The notes beneath the pieces were generated by a model. The model saw only the letters and a program-made list of their open reading frames with translations. It searched no databases and was not told where the DNA came from. A DNA stretch of 64,000 nucleotides, taken from positions 169-64,168 of the forward strand of contig CACMPM010000001.1 in NCBI GenBank assembly GCA_902615625.1. Reading direction: 5' to 3'. The position numbers and the translations under genes are program-made. Each line of letters starts with the position of its first letter. The first letter of the stretch is position 1. This DNA is from an uncultured Alphaproteobacteria bacterium (lineage in GTDB: Bacteria > Pseudomonadota > Alphaproteobacteria > HIMB59 > GCA-002718135). Below, one piece after another: positions 21,174 to 31,877 of this stretch.

Positions 21174-22506
21174 AAATTGATTTTTTTTCTCTAGAAGATT
21201 CCACTTGATAAGGCCTTGCTTTATAACCAGTGTATAATTGACGAGGTCTGCCAATTTTATTAATAGGATCTTCTATCATTTCTTTCCATTGTGATATCCA
21301 TCCTACAGTTCTTCCTATTGCAAATAGCACAGTAAACATGCTTGTAGGGAAACCTAATGCTTTTAGAATTATCCCTGAATAGAAATCTACATTTGGGAAT
21401 AATTTTTTACTAATAAAATATTCATCTTTCAAAGCTATTTTCTCTAATTCTATTGCAATTTTAAGCAATGGATCATCTTGCATATTTAACTCTTCTAAAA
21501 CCTCATGTGCACTTTCTTTCATCACAGTGGCTCTTGGATCATAGTTTTTATAAACTCTATGCCCAAAACCCATTAATCTAAAAGAGTCATTTTTATCTTT
21601 AGCTTTATCTATGAATTTTTGTATATTTGATACATCACCAATCTCTTCTAACATTTTTATGACTGCTTCATTAGCTCCACCATGAGCTGGTCCCCATAAA
21701 GATGCAATACCAGCAGCAATACAAGCAAAAGGATTTGCCCCAGAGGAACCTGCCAATCTTACTGTTGAAGTGGATGCATTTTGTTCATGATCAGCATGTA
21801 AAGTAAAAAATCTATCCATTGCTCTAACAATTTTTGGGCTCACCTTGTAATCTTCTGATGGCACAGAAAATGTCATGTATAAAAAATTTTCAGCATAAGA
21901 AAGATCATTTCTTGGATAAACAAATGGTTGACCAATGGAATATTTATAAGCCATTGCACCTATTGTAGGAATTTTTGCTATTAATCTATGACATGCAATC
22001 ATTCTTTGATTAATGTCTGAAAAATCAGTACTGTCATGATAAAAGGCCGAAAGGGCACCCACAACACCTACCATGATTGCCATAGGGTGTGCATCTCTTC
22101 GAAAACCTCTGTATAAATTTACTAGTTGCTCATGCAACATTGTATGATTGGTTATTACATCTTTAAATTTCTGCTTATCTTCAGGGGACGGTAATTCACC
22201 GTGCAGTAAAAGATAACAAACTTCAAGAAATTCACTTTTTGAAGCTAAATCATGTATATCATATCCCCTATGACGTAAAATTCCTTTTTCACCATCTATG
22301 TACGTTATTCCTGATTCACATGATGCAGTTGAAGTAAAACCTGGATCAAAAGTAAATAATCCTGTTTCTTGATAAAGTTTACGAATATCCAAAACATTCG
22401 GACCATCTTTACTTTCAATAAGTGGAATTTGATACGATTTACCGCTCTCATTGTTGAATAGAGTAAACTGTTTATCGTTAACTTTTTTATCTTCGTAATC
22501 AGCCAT
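21148..22506 (-). CDS. gltA: Citrate synthase
   Basis: [15 protein letters not shown] signature and a type II hexameric-like length. About 13 extra C-terminal residues overlap the lpxB 3' end. Confidence 0.97.
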   Translation of the reverse strand: MADYEDKKVNDKQFTLFNNESGKSYQIPLIESKDGPNVLDIRKLYQETGLFTFDPGFTSTASCESGITYIDGEKGILRHRGYDIHDLASKSEFLEVCYLLLHGELPSPEDKQKFKDVITNHTMLHEQLVNLYRGFRRDAHPMAIMVGVVGALSAFYHDSTDFSDINQRMIACHRLIAKIPTIGAMAYKYSIGQPFVYPRNDLSYAENFLYMTFSVPSEDYKVSPKIVRAMDRFFTLHADHEQNASTSTVRLAGSSGANPFACIAAGIASLWGPAHGGANEAVIKMLEEIGDVSNIQKFIDKAKDKNDSFRLMGFGHRVYKNYDPRATVMKESAHEVLEELNMQDDPLLKIAIELEKIALKDEYFISKKLFPNVDFYSGIILKALGFPTSMFTVLFAIGRTVGWISQWKEMIEDPINKIGRPRQLYTGYKARPYQVESSREKKSIFNWLWKKD

Positions 22507-22508
22507 AT

Positions 22509-23909
22509 TTAATTATCTCTATATTGCTTTAATCTATCAATAGTATCTTTTTTACCTAATATTACAAAAATATCAGAAATTGAAGGCCCTTGATAGGAAT
22601 TTATTAATAAAAATCTAATTGGTTTACCTAAAACGGGGAATTTAATTTTATTATTTTTTAAAAAATCATTAATTACATTTTGAATACTATCCCTATTCCA
22701 ATCCTTTATTTCTCCAATTAAATTTAAAAATTCATTAAAAATACTACCAAATTCTGAGGTCAGTTTTTCTGTCTTATTTATTTTATAATTTTCATCAAAA
22801 TAAACTTTAATTGTATCATGCAAATCACTTAGTTTTTTAATATCTTTTTTATAAATATTAAAAACATTTTTCATTTTTGTCTCATCTTTTTTTAGATATA
22901 TATTTAATTCAACATCATTTTCACAAAAGTTTATAAATTTTTCTATTCCGTTTTCTTTTCTTAAATAAAAATTATTAAAAAAATCTAATTTATCAAAACT
23001 AAATATACTAGATGATTTAGATAAATTTGATATTTCAAAATTTTCAATAATTTCCTCTAATTCAATAGTTTCTGATTTCTCTTGGTTATTTGACCAACCT
23101 AAAAGTATAAGGTTATTAATGATAGCTTCTTTTAAATATCCATTATTTTTCAAATCTAAAATATTAACTGCTCCGTGTCTTTTTGATAATTTTGTTCCAT
23201 CCTCTCCGTGAATAAGAGGAATATGAGCATATTGAGGTATATCCCAATTCATAAATTTATATATGTAGTATTGTCTAAAAGTATTAATAAAATGATCGTC
23301 ACCTCTAATAATATAATTGACTCCTAAATCATGATCATCCACTACTACAGATAACATATACGTTGGTGATTGATCTTTTCTTAGTAAAATAAAATCATCT
23401 AACTCTAAATTTGCTACTGTAACGTCTCCTTGAATTGTATCTTTAATTTTTAAATTGCCTTCATCTGGTACATCTAATCTAACTACAAAACCTTCATCTC
23501 TACTTTGAATATCATTATCATTTTTACATTCTGTACATATTTTTTTAGAATAGTTTTTATTTTCTCTAATTATTTTTCTTTGATGAGCAATTTTTTCTTC
23601 AGAACATACACATTTAAATGCTCGCTTTTTTTGAAGTAATTCTTTAGCAACTTCTTGATGTCTTGATAATCTTTTAGACTGAACTTGAATGTCTTCATCC
23701 CAATTAAGTCCAAGCCATTTCAAAGAATTAGTTATGTTATCTGTGTATTCTTGTTTTGATCTTTCATGATCTGTATCTTCAATTCTCAAGTAAAATTTAG
23801 ATGATGCTGATTTCTTACTTATAATATAATTAATTAGAGCTGTTCTAGCACCTCCAAGATGAAGATTACCAGTAGGAGAGGGTGCAAATCGTGTTTTTAA
23901 CATAGTCAT
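22509..23909 (-). CDS. gltX: Glutamyl-tRNA synthetase
   Basis: [16 protein letters not shown] (HIGH region), KLSKRHG (KMSKS), and a CxC-x22-CxxC zinc-knuckle-like segment. Confidence 0.95.
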   Translation of the reverse strand: MTMLKTRFAPSPTGNLHLGGARTALINYIISKKSASSKFYLRIEDTDHERSKQEYTDNITNSLKWLGLNWDEDIQVQSKRLSRHQEVAKELLQKKRAFKCVCSEEKIAHQRKIIRENKNYSKKICTECKNDNDIQSRDEGFVVRLDVPDEGNLKIKDTIQGDVTVANLELDDFILLRKDQSPTYMLSVVVDDHDLGVNYIIRGDDHFINTFRQYYIYKFMNWDIPQYAHIPLIHGEDGTKLSKRHGAVNILDLKNNGYLKEAIINNLILLGWSNNQEKSETIELEEIIENFEISNLSKSSSIFSFDKLDFFNNFYLRKENGIEKFINFCENDVELNIYLKKDETKMKNVFNIYKKDIKKLSDLHDTIKVYFDENYKINKTEKLTSEFGSIFNEFLNLIGEIKDWNRDSIQNVINDFLKNNKIKFPVLGKPIRFLLINSYQGPSISDIFVILGKKDTIDRLKQYRDN

Positions 23910-23929
23910 CTTAAAATTAAGATAAACTA

Positions 23930-24556
23930 TTAATTATATTTTCTTATAATACCAGATAAAGTCCCTTGGACTTGGATTTCACCTGCTTCATATTCCTTTG
24001 TCTGAAAACTTTGATTAGCAGGAATTAACAAGACCTTGTCTTGATCAAATTTAATAGTTTTTAGAGTAACTTCGTTATCTTGTGTAATAACAGCTGCAAT
24101 CTTTCCATTTTCAACATTATTTGTCTTCTTTATCACAGCAATATCACCGTCAAATATTCCTTTATCTATCATAGATAGACCTTTTACTTTTAATCCAAAA
24201 TATTTAGCATTTGGTGATGTCATCGAAGAGGGTACAGAAACAAATTCATCAGCATTTTCAATTGCTTCTATTGCTTCACCTGCAGCTATTGCACCAATTA
24301 ATGGGATATTAATGCTATTTGACAAAGCATTTTCATCAGCAATATTATCTTTATTAATAATTTCCATTGCTCTTGCTTTGTGCTTTAATCTTTTAATAAA
24401 ACCTCTTTCTTCTAGACTAGTAATTAATCTATGAATACCTGACTTTGATTTTAGATTAACTGCACTTTTCATTTCTTCAAAAGATGGGGAGATTTCATTA
24501 CTTGAAATATAATTTTTTAAATAATCGTATAGCTCTTTTTGTTTTTTTGTAAGCAT
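23930..24556 (-). CDS. lexA: LexA repressor
   Basis: Winged-helix N-terminus, an AAG cleavage site (LIGAIAAGEAIE), and S24 peptidase motifs (GLSMIDKGI...VIKK). Confidence 0.93.
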   Translation of the reverse strand: MLTKKQKELYDYLKNYISSNEISPSFEEMKSAVNLKSKSGIHRLITSLEERGFIKRLKHKARAMEIINKDNIADENALSNSINIPLIGAIAAGEAIEAIENADEFVSVPSSMTSPNAKYFGLKVKGLSMIDKGIFDGDIAVIKKTNNVENGKIAAVITQDNEVTLKTIKFDQDKVLLIPANQSFQTKEYEAGEIQVQGTLSGIIRKYN

Positions 24557-24561
24557 TTGGT

Positions 24562-24576
24562 GTTCTATATATGTTC
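24562..24576 (-). promoter_or_regulatory. Alphaproteobacterial-type SOS box, GTTC-N7-GTTC (GAAC-N7-GAAC on the lexA strand)
   Basis: GTTCtatatatGTTC ends 5 nt upstream of the lexA ATG. The AT spacer reads TATATA on the lexA strand and could be the -10 element. Confidence 0.6.
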
Positions 24577-24625
24577 TTTAAGATCAAAACAAGAACAAAT
24601 ATAAATATCTATATTTTTCAGTTAT

Positions 24626-25081
24626 TTAAATATTAGATTTACCACCTGTTTTCGAAACAAGGTGTATATTTTGAATTATAATTTTTTTATTTAAGTACTT
24701 ACACATGTCATAAATTGTCAGACAGCTAATTGTAACGGCAGTTAATGCCTCCATTTCTACCCCAGTATTTGCGTTTGTTTTAACTGTACTTTTGACAATA
24801 AAAGTAAATTTTTTATCATTTTTTATAAGCTCGATATTTATGTGATTGATTGGAATATTATGACAAAGCGGTATCAATCTAGAAGTTTCTTTTGCCCCCA
24901 TAATACCACCAATTATTGCAGTTTTTTCTAGGTTCCCCTTTTTTGTCTCAAATGATTTTATTTTTTTATATGTTTCTTTATCAAATTTAATTTCACCTGA
25001 GGCAACTGCTACTCTTTCTGTGACATCTTTATTTGATATGTCAATTATATAAGGATTTCCTTTTTTATTAATATGACTCAT
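24626..25081 (-). CDS. moaC: Cyclic pyranopterin monophosphate synthase MoaC
   Basis: 151 aa with a conserved MoaC core (GVEMEALTAV, IPLCHNI). Confidence 0.93.
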   Translation of the reverse strand: MSHINKKGNPYIIDISNKDVTERVAVASGEIKFDKETYKKIKSFETKKGNLEKTAIIGGIMGAKETSRLIPLCHNIPINHINIELIKNDKKFTFIVKSTVKTNANTGVEMEALTAVTISCLTIYDMCKYLNKKIIIQNIHLVSKTGGKSNI

Positions 25082-25868
25082 TTAAAAGCAATTCTCCAAT
25101 TTTCTTTTCTTTATCTTTAGATTTTAACAAACTTTCTCCAATTAAAAAATTATATATCCCTGTTGAATTAAATTTTTTTATATCATCAGAAGTTTTAATT
25201 CCACTCTCTGCAATTAAAATATAATCATTAGTTAAATTTTTATTCAAATTTATTGAGTTATTTAAATTGATTTCAAGACTTTTAAGGTTTCTATTATTAA
25301 TTCCAATCACAGGGTAGTCTAATTTGATTGCTCTTTTCAGTTCGTCTTCATCATGAACCTCTATAATACAATCTAATTTTAGTTCATTGGCATAATTTAT
25401 AAATTCTATTGCTTGAGCGTCTGATAGTATTGATAAAATTAATAATATACAATCAGCTTGATAAATCTTACTTTCTAAAATTTGATATTTATCAATAATA
25501 AAATCTTTTCTTAAAATAGGTAAATTTGTTTTCTTTTTAACCAGAGATAAATGATCAATATTTCCTAAAAAATATTTACTTTCTGTTAAAATCGATAACG
25601 CTCCAATACCAGATCTTTCATATAAAATAGCAATGTCTTCTGGTTTATAATCTGAAATTATTTCACCCGCACTTGGACTTTGTTTTTTTACTTCACCAAT
25701 TATTAAATTTTTTTTATTTTTTTGAGCTGAAATTAATTGATCTTTAAATTCACGTTTCTCTAATTTTGAGGAAATTAATTTTTCTAATGTTTTAAAAGAA
25801 CATCTTTTTTTTGTTTCTTCTAATTCTTTAGATTTATCTTCACAAATTTTTTGAAGTATATTACTCAT
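25068..25868 (-). CDS. trpC: Indole-3-glycerol phosphate synthase
   Basis: IGEVKKQSPSAG and INNRNL motifs, 266 aa. Confidence 0.9.
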   Translation of the reverse strand: MSNILQKICEDKSKELEETKKRCSFKTLEKLISSKLEKREFKDQLISAQKNKKNLIIGEVKKQSPSAGEIISDYKPEDIAILYERSGIGALSILTESKYFLGNIDHLSLVKKKTNLPILRKDFIIDKYQILESKIYQADCILLILSILSDAQAIEFINYANELKLDCIIEVHDEDELKRAIKLDYPVIGINNRNLKSLEINLNNSINLNKNLTNDYILIAESGIKTSDDIKKFNSTGIYNFLIGESLLKSKDKEKKIGELLLNESY

Positions 25869-26862
25869 TAATTAGTGAGTTTACAAAATTTTTTGTAATT
25901 CCTTCCTCAATTGTTTTTTTTGCTAATTCAAAACTATCTTTTAGATTATTTCTTAAATTGGATAAATATATTGCCGCTCCTGCATTTATTTCTACAATCA
26001 TTTGAAATTCTCTGTAATCGCCGTTAATCATTTTATTAAAACAATTTGCATTATATTCTGGATCTCCACCTTTTATATCTTCTAATTTAATTAAATCATA
26101 ACCATAGTCTCTTGGATCAAAACTATATTCCAGAATTTTATTATCTTTCAATTCATTGATTAGAGTATTGTCTGATAAACTTATTTCATCTAAACCATCC
26201 AATCCATGAACAACCATCGCTTTTTCAGAGCCTAGTTCTTTTAAGCAATTACAATGCATAGAAACTAAATCTCTTGAATAGACACCTAGAAGCTGTTTAC
26301 TTGCTTTAGCAGGGTTAGTAAGAGGACCTAATAAATTAAAAATTGTACGTGTAGCTAGATTCTTACGAACATTAATTACATTCTTCATGGCAGAATGATG
26401 ATTTTGAGCAAATAAAAAGCAAAAATCTTTATTAGATAATGAATTTTCTAAATCTTCTAAATTATTTGTAATTTTATAACCTATTTTTTCTAGCATATCT
26501 GCAGAGCCTGATTTTGAACTAACAGAACGATTGCCATGCTTTGCTATAGTAACGCCAGCACTTGCAGCAACTATTGCTGCACTTGTTGATATATTTAATG
26601 TGTCTTTCATATCTCCACCCGTACCACAAGTATCAATCGTATTTTGTGGAGAGTTTATTTTTAGAGATTTCTCTCTCATTACTTTAGCTGCACCGATAAT
26701 CTCTTCTTTTGTTTCACCTTTTAACTTTAAACCAATGAGTATTGATGTAATTTTAATATCATCTAATTCTCCACTCATAATTTTATTGAATATATACATA
26801 CTCTCTTCAATATTCAGATTTTGTTGTTCGAGAATTTTATTTAATATTAAAGTTTGATCCAT
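25861..26862 (-). CDS. trpD: Anthranilate phosphoribosyltransferase
   Basis: DTCGTGGD and AKHGNRSVSSKSGSAD motifs. Confidence 0.93.
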   Translation of the reverse strand: MDQTLILNKILEQQNLNIEESMYIFNKIMSGELDDIKITSILIGLKLKGETKEEIIGAAKVMREKSLKINSPQNTIDTCGTGGDMKDTLNISTSAAIVAASAGVTIAKHGNRSVSSKSGSADMLEKIGYKITNNLEDLENSLSNKDFCFLFAQNHHSAMKNVINVRKNLATRTIFNLLGPLTNPAKASKQLLGVYSRDLVSMHCNCLKELGSEKAMVVHGLDGLDEISLSDNTLINELKDNKILEYSFDPRDYGYDLIKLEDIKGGDPEYNANCFNKMINGDYREFQMIVEINAGAAIYLSNLRNNLKDSFELAKKTIEEGITKNFVNSLINE

Positions 26863-27431
26863 TATTTTGTTAAGTTTAAAAAGTTTTTTAAAATAATTTT
26901 ACCCATATCAGTACCTATACTTTCTGGATGAAATTGTAGTCCAAATATTGGTAATTTTTTATGAGCAATACCCATTATAATCTTATTATTTGTTTCAGCA
27001 GTAATTAAAAAATCTTTTGGCATAGTTCTTTTATCAATTATAAGAGAGTGATATCTAGTTGCTTTAAATTTTCTTTCTACATTTTTAAATATAGAGTGGC
27101 CAAAGTGATTTATTGTATCAACTTTTCCGTGCATGATTTCTTTGCATTTAATGATTTTACCTCCAAAAGCTTGACCAATAGTTTGATGTCCTAAACAAAT
27201 GCCAAGTATAGGAAATTGTTTTGATAATTCTGCAACGATATTAAGACTTATTCCAGCTTCATTTGGTGTGCATGGACCTGGTGAAATAACTATTGATTTA
27301 GGTTTTAATTTACGAATTTTATTTATCGAAATTTTGTCATTTCTAAAAACAACAACTTTCTGATTTAAGTCCAATAAGTAGTGTTTTACATTGTGAGTAA
27401 AACTATCATAATTATCTATCAGTAATATCAT
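26862..27431 (-). CDS. trpG: Anthranilate synthase glutamine amidotransferase component (TrpG/PabA type)
   Basis: GICLGHQ catalytic Cys and a FHPES motif, 189 aa. Confidence 0.9.
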   Translation of the reverse strand: MILLIDNYDSFTHNVKHYLLDLNQKVVVFRNDKISINKIRKLKPKSIVISPGPCTPNEAGISLNIVAELSKQFPILGICLGHQTIGQAFGGKIIKCKEIMHGKVDTINHFGHSIFKNVERKFKATRYHSLIIDKRTMPKDFLITAETNNKIIMGIAHKKLPIFGLQFHPESIGTDMGKIILKNFLNLTK

Positions 27432-28906
27432 ATATCGAATTTGTATGAATCCTCAGCTGCTGCCATTAAAGCACCAGCTTTATTCAAAATTTCTTGATGT
27501 TCATTTTTTGGGACCGAGTCATAAACTATTCCAGCACCAGCTTGGATATATAATTTATTATCTTTTACAAGCCCAGTTCTTAAACTAATGCATGTATCCA
27601 TGTCTCCATTAGAATCAAAATAACCCATACAGCCTGCATAAAAACTTCTATTTAAGTTTTCAAGCTCCTCTATGATTTCCATCGCCCTTATTTTAGGGGC
27701 ACCAGAAACTGTACCTGCTGGAAATCCAGCCATTAAAGCATCTAGAGCATCTAAATTATTATCTATTTTTCCCTCAACGTTTGAAACAATATGCATTACA
27801 TGAGAGTAGTATTCTATAATCATCTTTTCAGTAACATTCACTGTTCCTTTTTTTGCAACGCGACCAACATCGTTCCTTCCTAAATCTAAAAGCATTAAGT
27901 GTTCTGCGAGTTCTTTCTTATCATTCAGTAAGTCATTAGATAAATAAAGATCTTCAGAGGCATTCTTTCCTCTTTTTCTTGTTCCGGCAATTGGTCTTAT
28001 CGTAACTTTTTTATTTCTTAATTGAACCATTAATTCTGGACTAGATGCAACAAGGCCAATTTTATCAAAGTTAAGATTTACAAGATAAGGAGATGGATTT
28101 AGTCGTCTTAACGATCTATAAAGATTGACTGCCTTCAAATTATATTTTGTTTCAAATCTTTGTGAAGGCACAACTTGGAAAATGTCTCCATTTTTAATAT
28201 ATTCCTTTGCTTTATTTACAATTTTATAAAATTGCTCTTTCTTGAAATTTGATTTAAATTTTAATTTAGATTTTTTATTTTTATTTTTTGCAGGTTTTAG
28301 AATACTCTTTTCTAACTTCTTAATTGTTTTATCTATAAGTAATTTATTTTTTCTATAGGCATTTTCTGCTGATATTTTTTTACTTGGATAAGTAACTGTC
28401 ATAAGAGAAATAATATCTTTAATATTATCAAAAACTGCAACAATTTTTGGTCTGATTAATATTGCATCAGGTATTTTAATATTGTCCTTATTACTTAGTT
28501 TAATTTTTTCAATATATTGAATCATTGGATATCCTAGATATCCAACTAGTGTTGGGAAAGGAACATCAATTTCATTATTTTTAAATTTTGAAATTTTTAC
28601 AAGTTCTTTAAGACTATGAATTGGCTTTTGATCGAGTTTGTAATCAAAATTATGGTCCAAATATTTAATTTTTGCTTTACCTTTTTCAACTGTCCAAATT
28701 AAATCTGGATCACAACCAAGTAATGAGTAACGTCCTCTTTTACTTCCACCCTCTACTGACTCTAATAGAAAGGAATATTTTTCCGATTTACTAATTTTTA
28801 ATAATGATGAAAATGGTGTTTCAATATCAGCAATAAGATTTTTTGTTAATATCTGAGGTAAGCCTTTGTTATATTGACTTATAAAATTTTTTTTTTCTAG
28901 ACTCAT
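27428..28906 (-). CDS. trpE: Anthranilate synthase component I
   Basis: LLESVEGG, a chorismate-binding C-terminal domain, and GAGIVYDSVP. Confidence 0.93.
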   Translation of the reverse strand: MSLEKKNFISQYNKGLPQILTKNLIADIETPFSSLLKISKSEKYSFLLESVEGGSKRGRYSLLGCDPDLIWTVEKGKAKIKYLDHNFDYKLDQKPIHSLKELVKISKFKNNEIDVPFPTLVGYLGYPMIQYIEKIKLSNKDNIKIPDAILIRPKIVAVFDNIKDIISLMTVTYPSKKISAENAYRKNKLLIDKTIKKLEKSILKPAKNKNKKSKLKFKSNFKKEQFYKIVNKAKEYIKNGDIFQVVPSQRFETKYNLKAVNLYRSLRRLNPSPYLVNLNFDKIGLVASSPELMVQLRNKKVTIRPIAGTRKRGKNASEDLYLSNDLLNDKKELAEHLMLLDLGRNDVGRVAKKGTVNVTEKMIIEYYSHVMHIVSNVEGKIDNNLDALDALMAGFPAGTVSGAPKIRAMEIIEELENLNRSFYAGCMGYFDSNGDMDTCISLRTGLVKDNKLYIQAGAGIVYDSVPKNEHQEILNKAGALMAAAEDSYKFDI

Positions 28907-30723
28907 TTATACTGAGATAAAAGACCATTTATCAGTTCATCATTGAACGAAATTTCTTTTGTCTTAATAATCTCACTACCAAATGCTGTTTTCAAATCAC
29001 CTATTAAGCTAATATTTGAAGTATTTTCACCTTCTTCAGGCATCTTTATATTTTTAATATTAGCAAAATAAATAGTATTTTCATCTGATCCAAAAGCCAC
29101 TTTACCAATATCAGTTTCAAAAATCTTTTGTTTAAAAGATATTGGTAATTCATCCTTAGTATTTAAAGATAAATTTAAATTTTGTGGATTAGTTGCGTAA
29201 AATTTACTTATATTTGTGAAGATCTCTTTATTATTTTCAAAAATATTTTCTGCTTGCTCGGTTTTTTTTGTAAATATAAAATCATTTAAAACACTGTCAA
29301 AGATATTATCGATACTCTCTATTTTTGATGGATATATGTCATCAATATTTACAATAAAAGAAGTATTATTATCAATGTCTACTAAATCTGATACAAAATC
29401 TTTATTTTGTGTAAAAGAAAATGAAATTACGTTACTTAAAGTAGGGTCATCTTCGTTAGTATTGTTTAAAATTTTTTTCTTATTGATTAATTTAAGATTA
29501 TTTTGATCTGCTATTTCAAAAATTGAAAAACCATCAAGTATTTGTTGGTCAAGACTTGATTTTAGTTCATTGAAGTAATTATCTACTTCAAAATTGGTTA
29601 AAGTATTATTTATTTTATCCTTAACTTCATCAAATTTTAATTCTTTTTCTAGAAAAATCTCATCCAAAATAATTATATGATATGCTAAAGTAGTTTGGAC
29701 TACATCCGATATACTTCCTTTGTCTAATTCAAATATTGCATTTGCAAGTTCTTCTAAAACTTTATTTCTATCAACATTTTTAAATTCATTGAAAATTATA
29801 TTATTCTCTTCTGCAAACTTAATAATTTCTTCACTAGATTTTCCAGAAATACTTAATTTAAAATTATTTGCTTCTTCTTTCGATTTAAAATTAAATTGTT
29901 TAAAACTTCTTTCTTCTGGATTAATAAATAAGTTTTTATTGTTATTATAATATTCTTTAAGATTATTTTCTGAAGGTGAAAAATTTTCTCTAAAATCACT
30001 TTTATTTATTACTATATATGAAATATCTCTCTTTTCATTTGTCATATATTCAGAAGAATTATTATTAAAATAATCTAATAGTTCTATATTGTCTTTTGTA
30101 ATTTGAGCTTTATCGTAATTATCAAGTTTAATGTCGTTGTACGATATTTTGAGTAATTCTATTTCTCTACTCTGATTATCATACATATTAAAATTTATTT
30201 GCAATTGTGATGGATAATTTTTTTGAAATAAAACCTGATCAAATACAAAAGCCCTAGTTTCAAAATCTATTAAATCTACTAAATCTTCTATTTTTAAACG
30301 TTGATTTCTTAAGAATGTATTTAGTCTATCATTATCTAATTTATTGTTAATGTATAGATCTGGAAAATTTTTTTTTGTTTCTTTTGCAATTGTTGTATCA
30401 TCTAAAATAAAATTTATTTTGTCAAATTCATTTTCAAATACAGCTCTATTTACTAAATTTTGAAGTGCAATTTGATGAACTTGAAAGCTTCTAATTTGAT
30501 CACCAGTTAGTGGACTTCCAATCATTTGAGAAAATTGATCAATATTCATATCCATTGATCTAAGAAATTTTGTTGTTGAAATAGGTGTCCCTGAAATATC
30601 AGCTACGAAGTTATCAGAATTAAATAAATTTGAATATCTTGTTGACCCTCTAAAAAAGAACAAACTTGCCGCAAAAAGAATTGCCAGTACTATCCCAATC
30701 CATGATTTTCTAAATGCTCTCAT
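28903..30723 (-). CDS. ppiD: Periplasmic chaperone / peptidyl-prolyl isomerase PpiD-like
   Basis: 606 aa with a single N-terminal TM (IGIVLAILFAASLFFF), a SurA-N-like region and a parvulin-like segment (TTLAYHIIILDE). It is in the conserved position divergent from tpiA. Confidence 0.7.
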   Translation of the reverse strand: MRAFRKSWIGIVLAILFAASLFFFRGSTRYSNLFNSDNFVADISGTPISTTKFLRSMDMNIDQFSQMIGSPLTGDQIRSFQVHQIALQNLVNRAVFENEFDKINFILDDTTIAKETKKNFPDLYINNKLDNDRLNTFLRNQRLKIEDLVDLIDFETRAFVFDQVLFQKNYPSQLQINFNMYDNQSREIELLKISYNDIKLDNYDKAQITKDNIELLDYFNNNSSEYMTNEKRDISYIVINKSDFRENFSPSENNLKEYYNNNKNLFINPEERSFKQFNFKSKEEANNFKLSISGKSSEEIIKFAEENNIIFNEFKNVDRNKVLEELANAIFELDKGSISDVVQTTLAYHIIILDEIFLEKELKFDEVKDKINNTLTNFEVDNYFNELKSSLDQQILDGFSIFEIADQNNLKLINKKKILNNTNEDDPTLSNVISFSFTQNKDFVSDLVDIDNNTSFIVNIDDIYPSKIESIDNIFDSVLNDFIFTKKTEQAENIFENNKEIFTNISKFYATNPQNLNLSLNTKDELPISFKQKIFETDIGKVAFGSDENTIYFANIKNIKMPEEGENTSNISLIGDLKTAFGSEIIKTKEISFNDELINGLLSQYK

Positions 30724-30772
30724 AAAATTTCTATTGCTTCTATAATATTAGTTTCTATAAATAAAAGTAATT

Positions 30773-31492
30773 ATGGTAAATCTTGATAAATATTCCTCAA
30801 TTTTTATAGCAAATTGGAAATTAAATGGAAATTCGTCATTTTTAAAAGATTATTATGAAAAATTAAAAGTTAATTCTAATAATTGTACGATTATCTGCTC
30901 ACCTTCAATTTACTTAAAATCACTAAAAGGAAATAATGAAAACTTATTTTGTGGTGCACAAGATGTCTCCTCTTTTAAAGAAGGTGCATATACAGGAGAG
31001 TTATCCGCCTCAATGCTAAAGGATAATAATATAGATTTTTGTTTAGTTGGACACTCCGAGCGAAGACAACATTTCGCTGAAACAAATGATAAAGTCAATA
31101 CTAAAAGTTCAAACCTTATTAAAGAAAATATTATTCCAGTGATTTGCATAGGTGAAACCTTAGAACAAAAAGAAAAAAACTTAACGGAAGAAATTTTAAC
31201 TTCACAAATTAAGGATAGTGTTCCAAATTTAGCAAATCATCAAAATGCATTAATTGCTTATGAGCCAGTTTGGGCAATAGGAACTGGATTAACTCCGACC
31301 TTAGATGAAATAAATCAAGCTCACGAATTAATCAAAAATTTTGATCAAAAGTTTATTGACTTTAAAGTGCTTTATGGAGGTTCTGTTAAATCTTCAAATT
31401 CAAAAGAAATTACTAACTTGAGTCATGTAGATGGCTGCTTAATTGGTGGAGCATCATTAAAAGTTGATGAATTCAATACAATTATTTCTTGA
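30773..31492 (+). CDS. tpiA: Triosephosphate isomerase
   Basis: IANWKLNG, VGHSERR and AYEPVWAIGTG motifs. Confidence 0.93.
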   Translation: MVNLDKYSSIFIANWKLNGNSSFLKDYYEKLKVNSNNCTIICSPSIYLKSLKGNNENLFCGAQDVSSFKEGAYTGELSASMLKDNNIDFCLVGHSERRQHFAETNDKVNTKSSNLIKENIIPVICIGETLEQKEKNLTEEILTSQIKDSVPNLANHQNALIAYEPVWAIGTGLTPTLDEINQAHELIKNFDQKFIDFKVLYGGSVKSSNSKEITNLSHVDGCLIGGASLKVDEFNTIIS

Positions 31493-31524
31493 TTAATGAA
31501 ATCAATTTAATATAAAGCGCAATA

Positions 31525-31830
31525 ATGACAACTTTAGTAATAATTCAGCTTATACTTGCTCTTGCCTTGGTTGTATTAGTTTTATTACAAGGATCTGATA
31601 ACGATAGCTTGGGACTTGGTGGTGGAACTTCAACTGGAATGATGTCAGCTAGAGGTACTGCAAACCTACTTTCTAGGCTAACTGCAATAACTGCTGGTTT
31701 ATTCATGGTAATGAGTATCGTTCTAACAATTACAGCTTCTATTGGTTCAGATCGCAACGTTTTAGAGTCACTTCCTTCAATTAATACTGAAGAAACTTCA
31801 GAAGAGCCAACTATACCAGAAAATAATTAA
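31525..31830 (+). CDS. secG: Preprotein translocase subunit SecG
   Basis: 101 aa with two TM segments and a G-rich loop (LLQGSDNDSLGLGGG). Conserved position before pyrG. Confidence 0.85.
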   Translation: MTTLVIIQLILALALVVLVLLQGSDNDSLGLGGGTSTGMMSARGTANLLSRLTAITAGLFMVMSIVLTITASIGSDRNVLESLPSINTEETSEEPTIPENN

Positions 31831-31877
31831 TAATATCTTGCTATAACAAGATCTATTATATATCACGGTATTCCGTA

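Noticed and set aside
31835-31852. The ATCTTG-ctataa-CAAGAT hairpin after secG could be an intrinsic terminator.
   Set aside because: It has only 6 AU-rich base pairs and no clean U-tract. It is too weak to call, and pyrG follows 25 nt later on the same strand.
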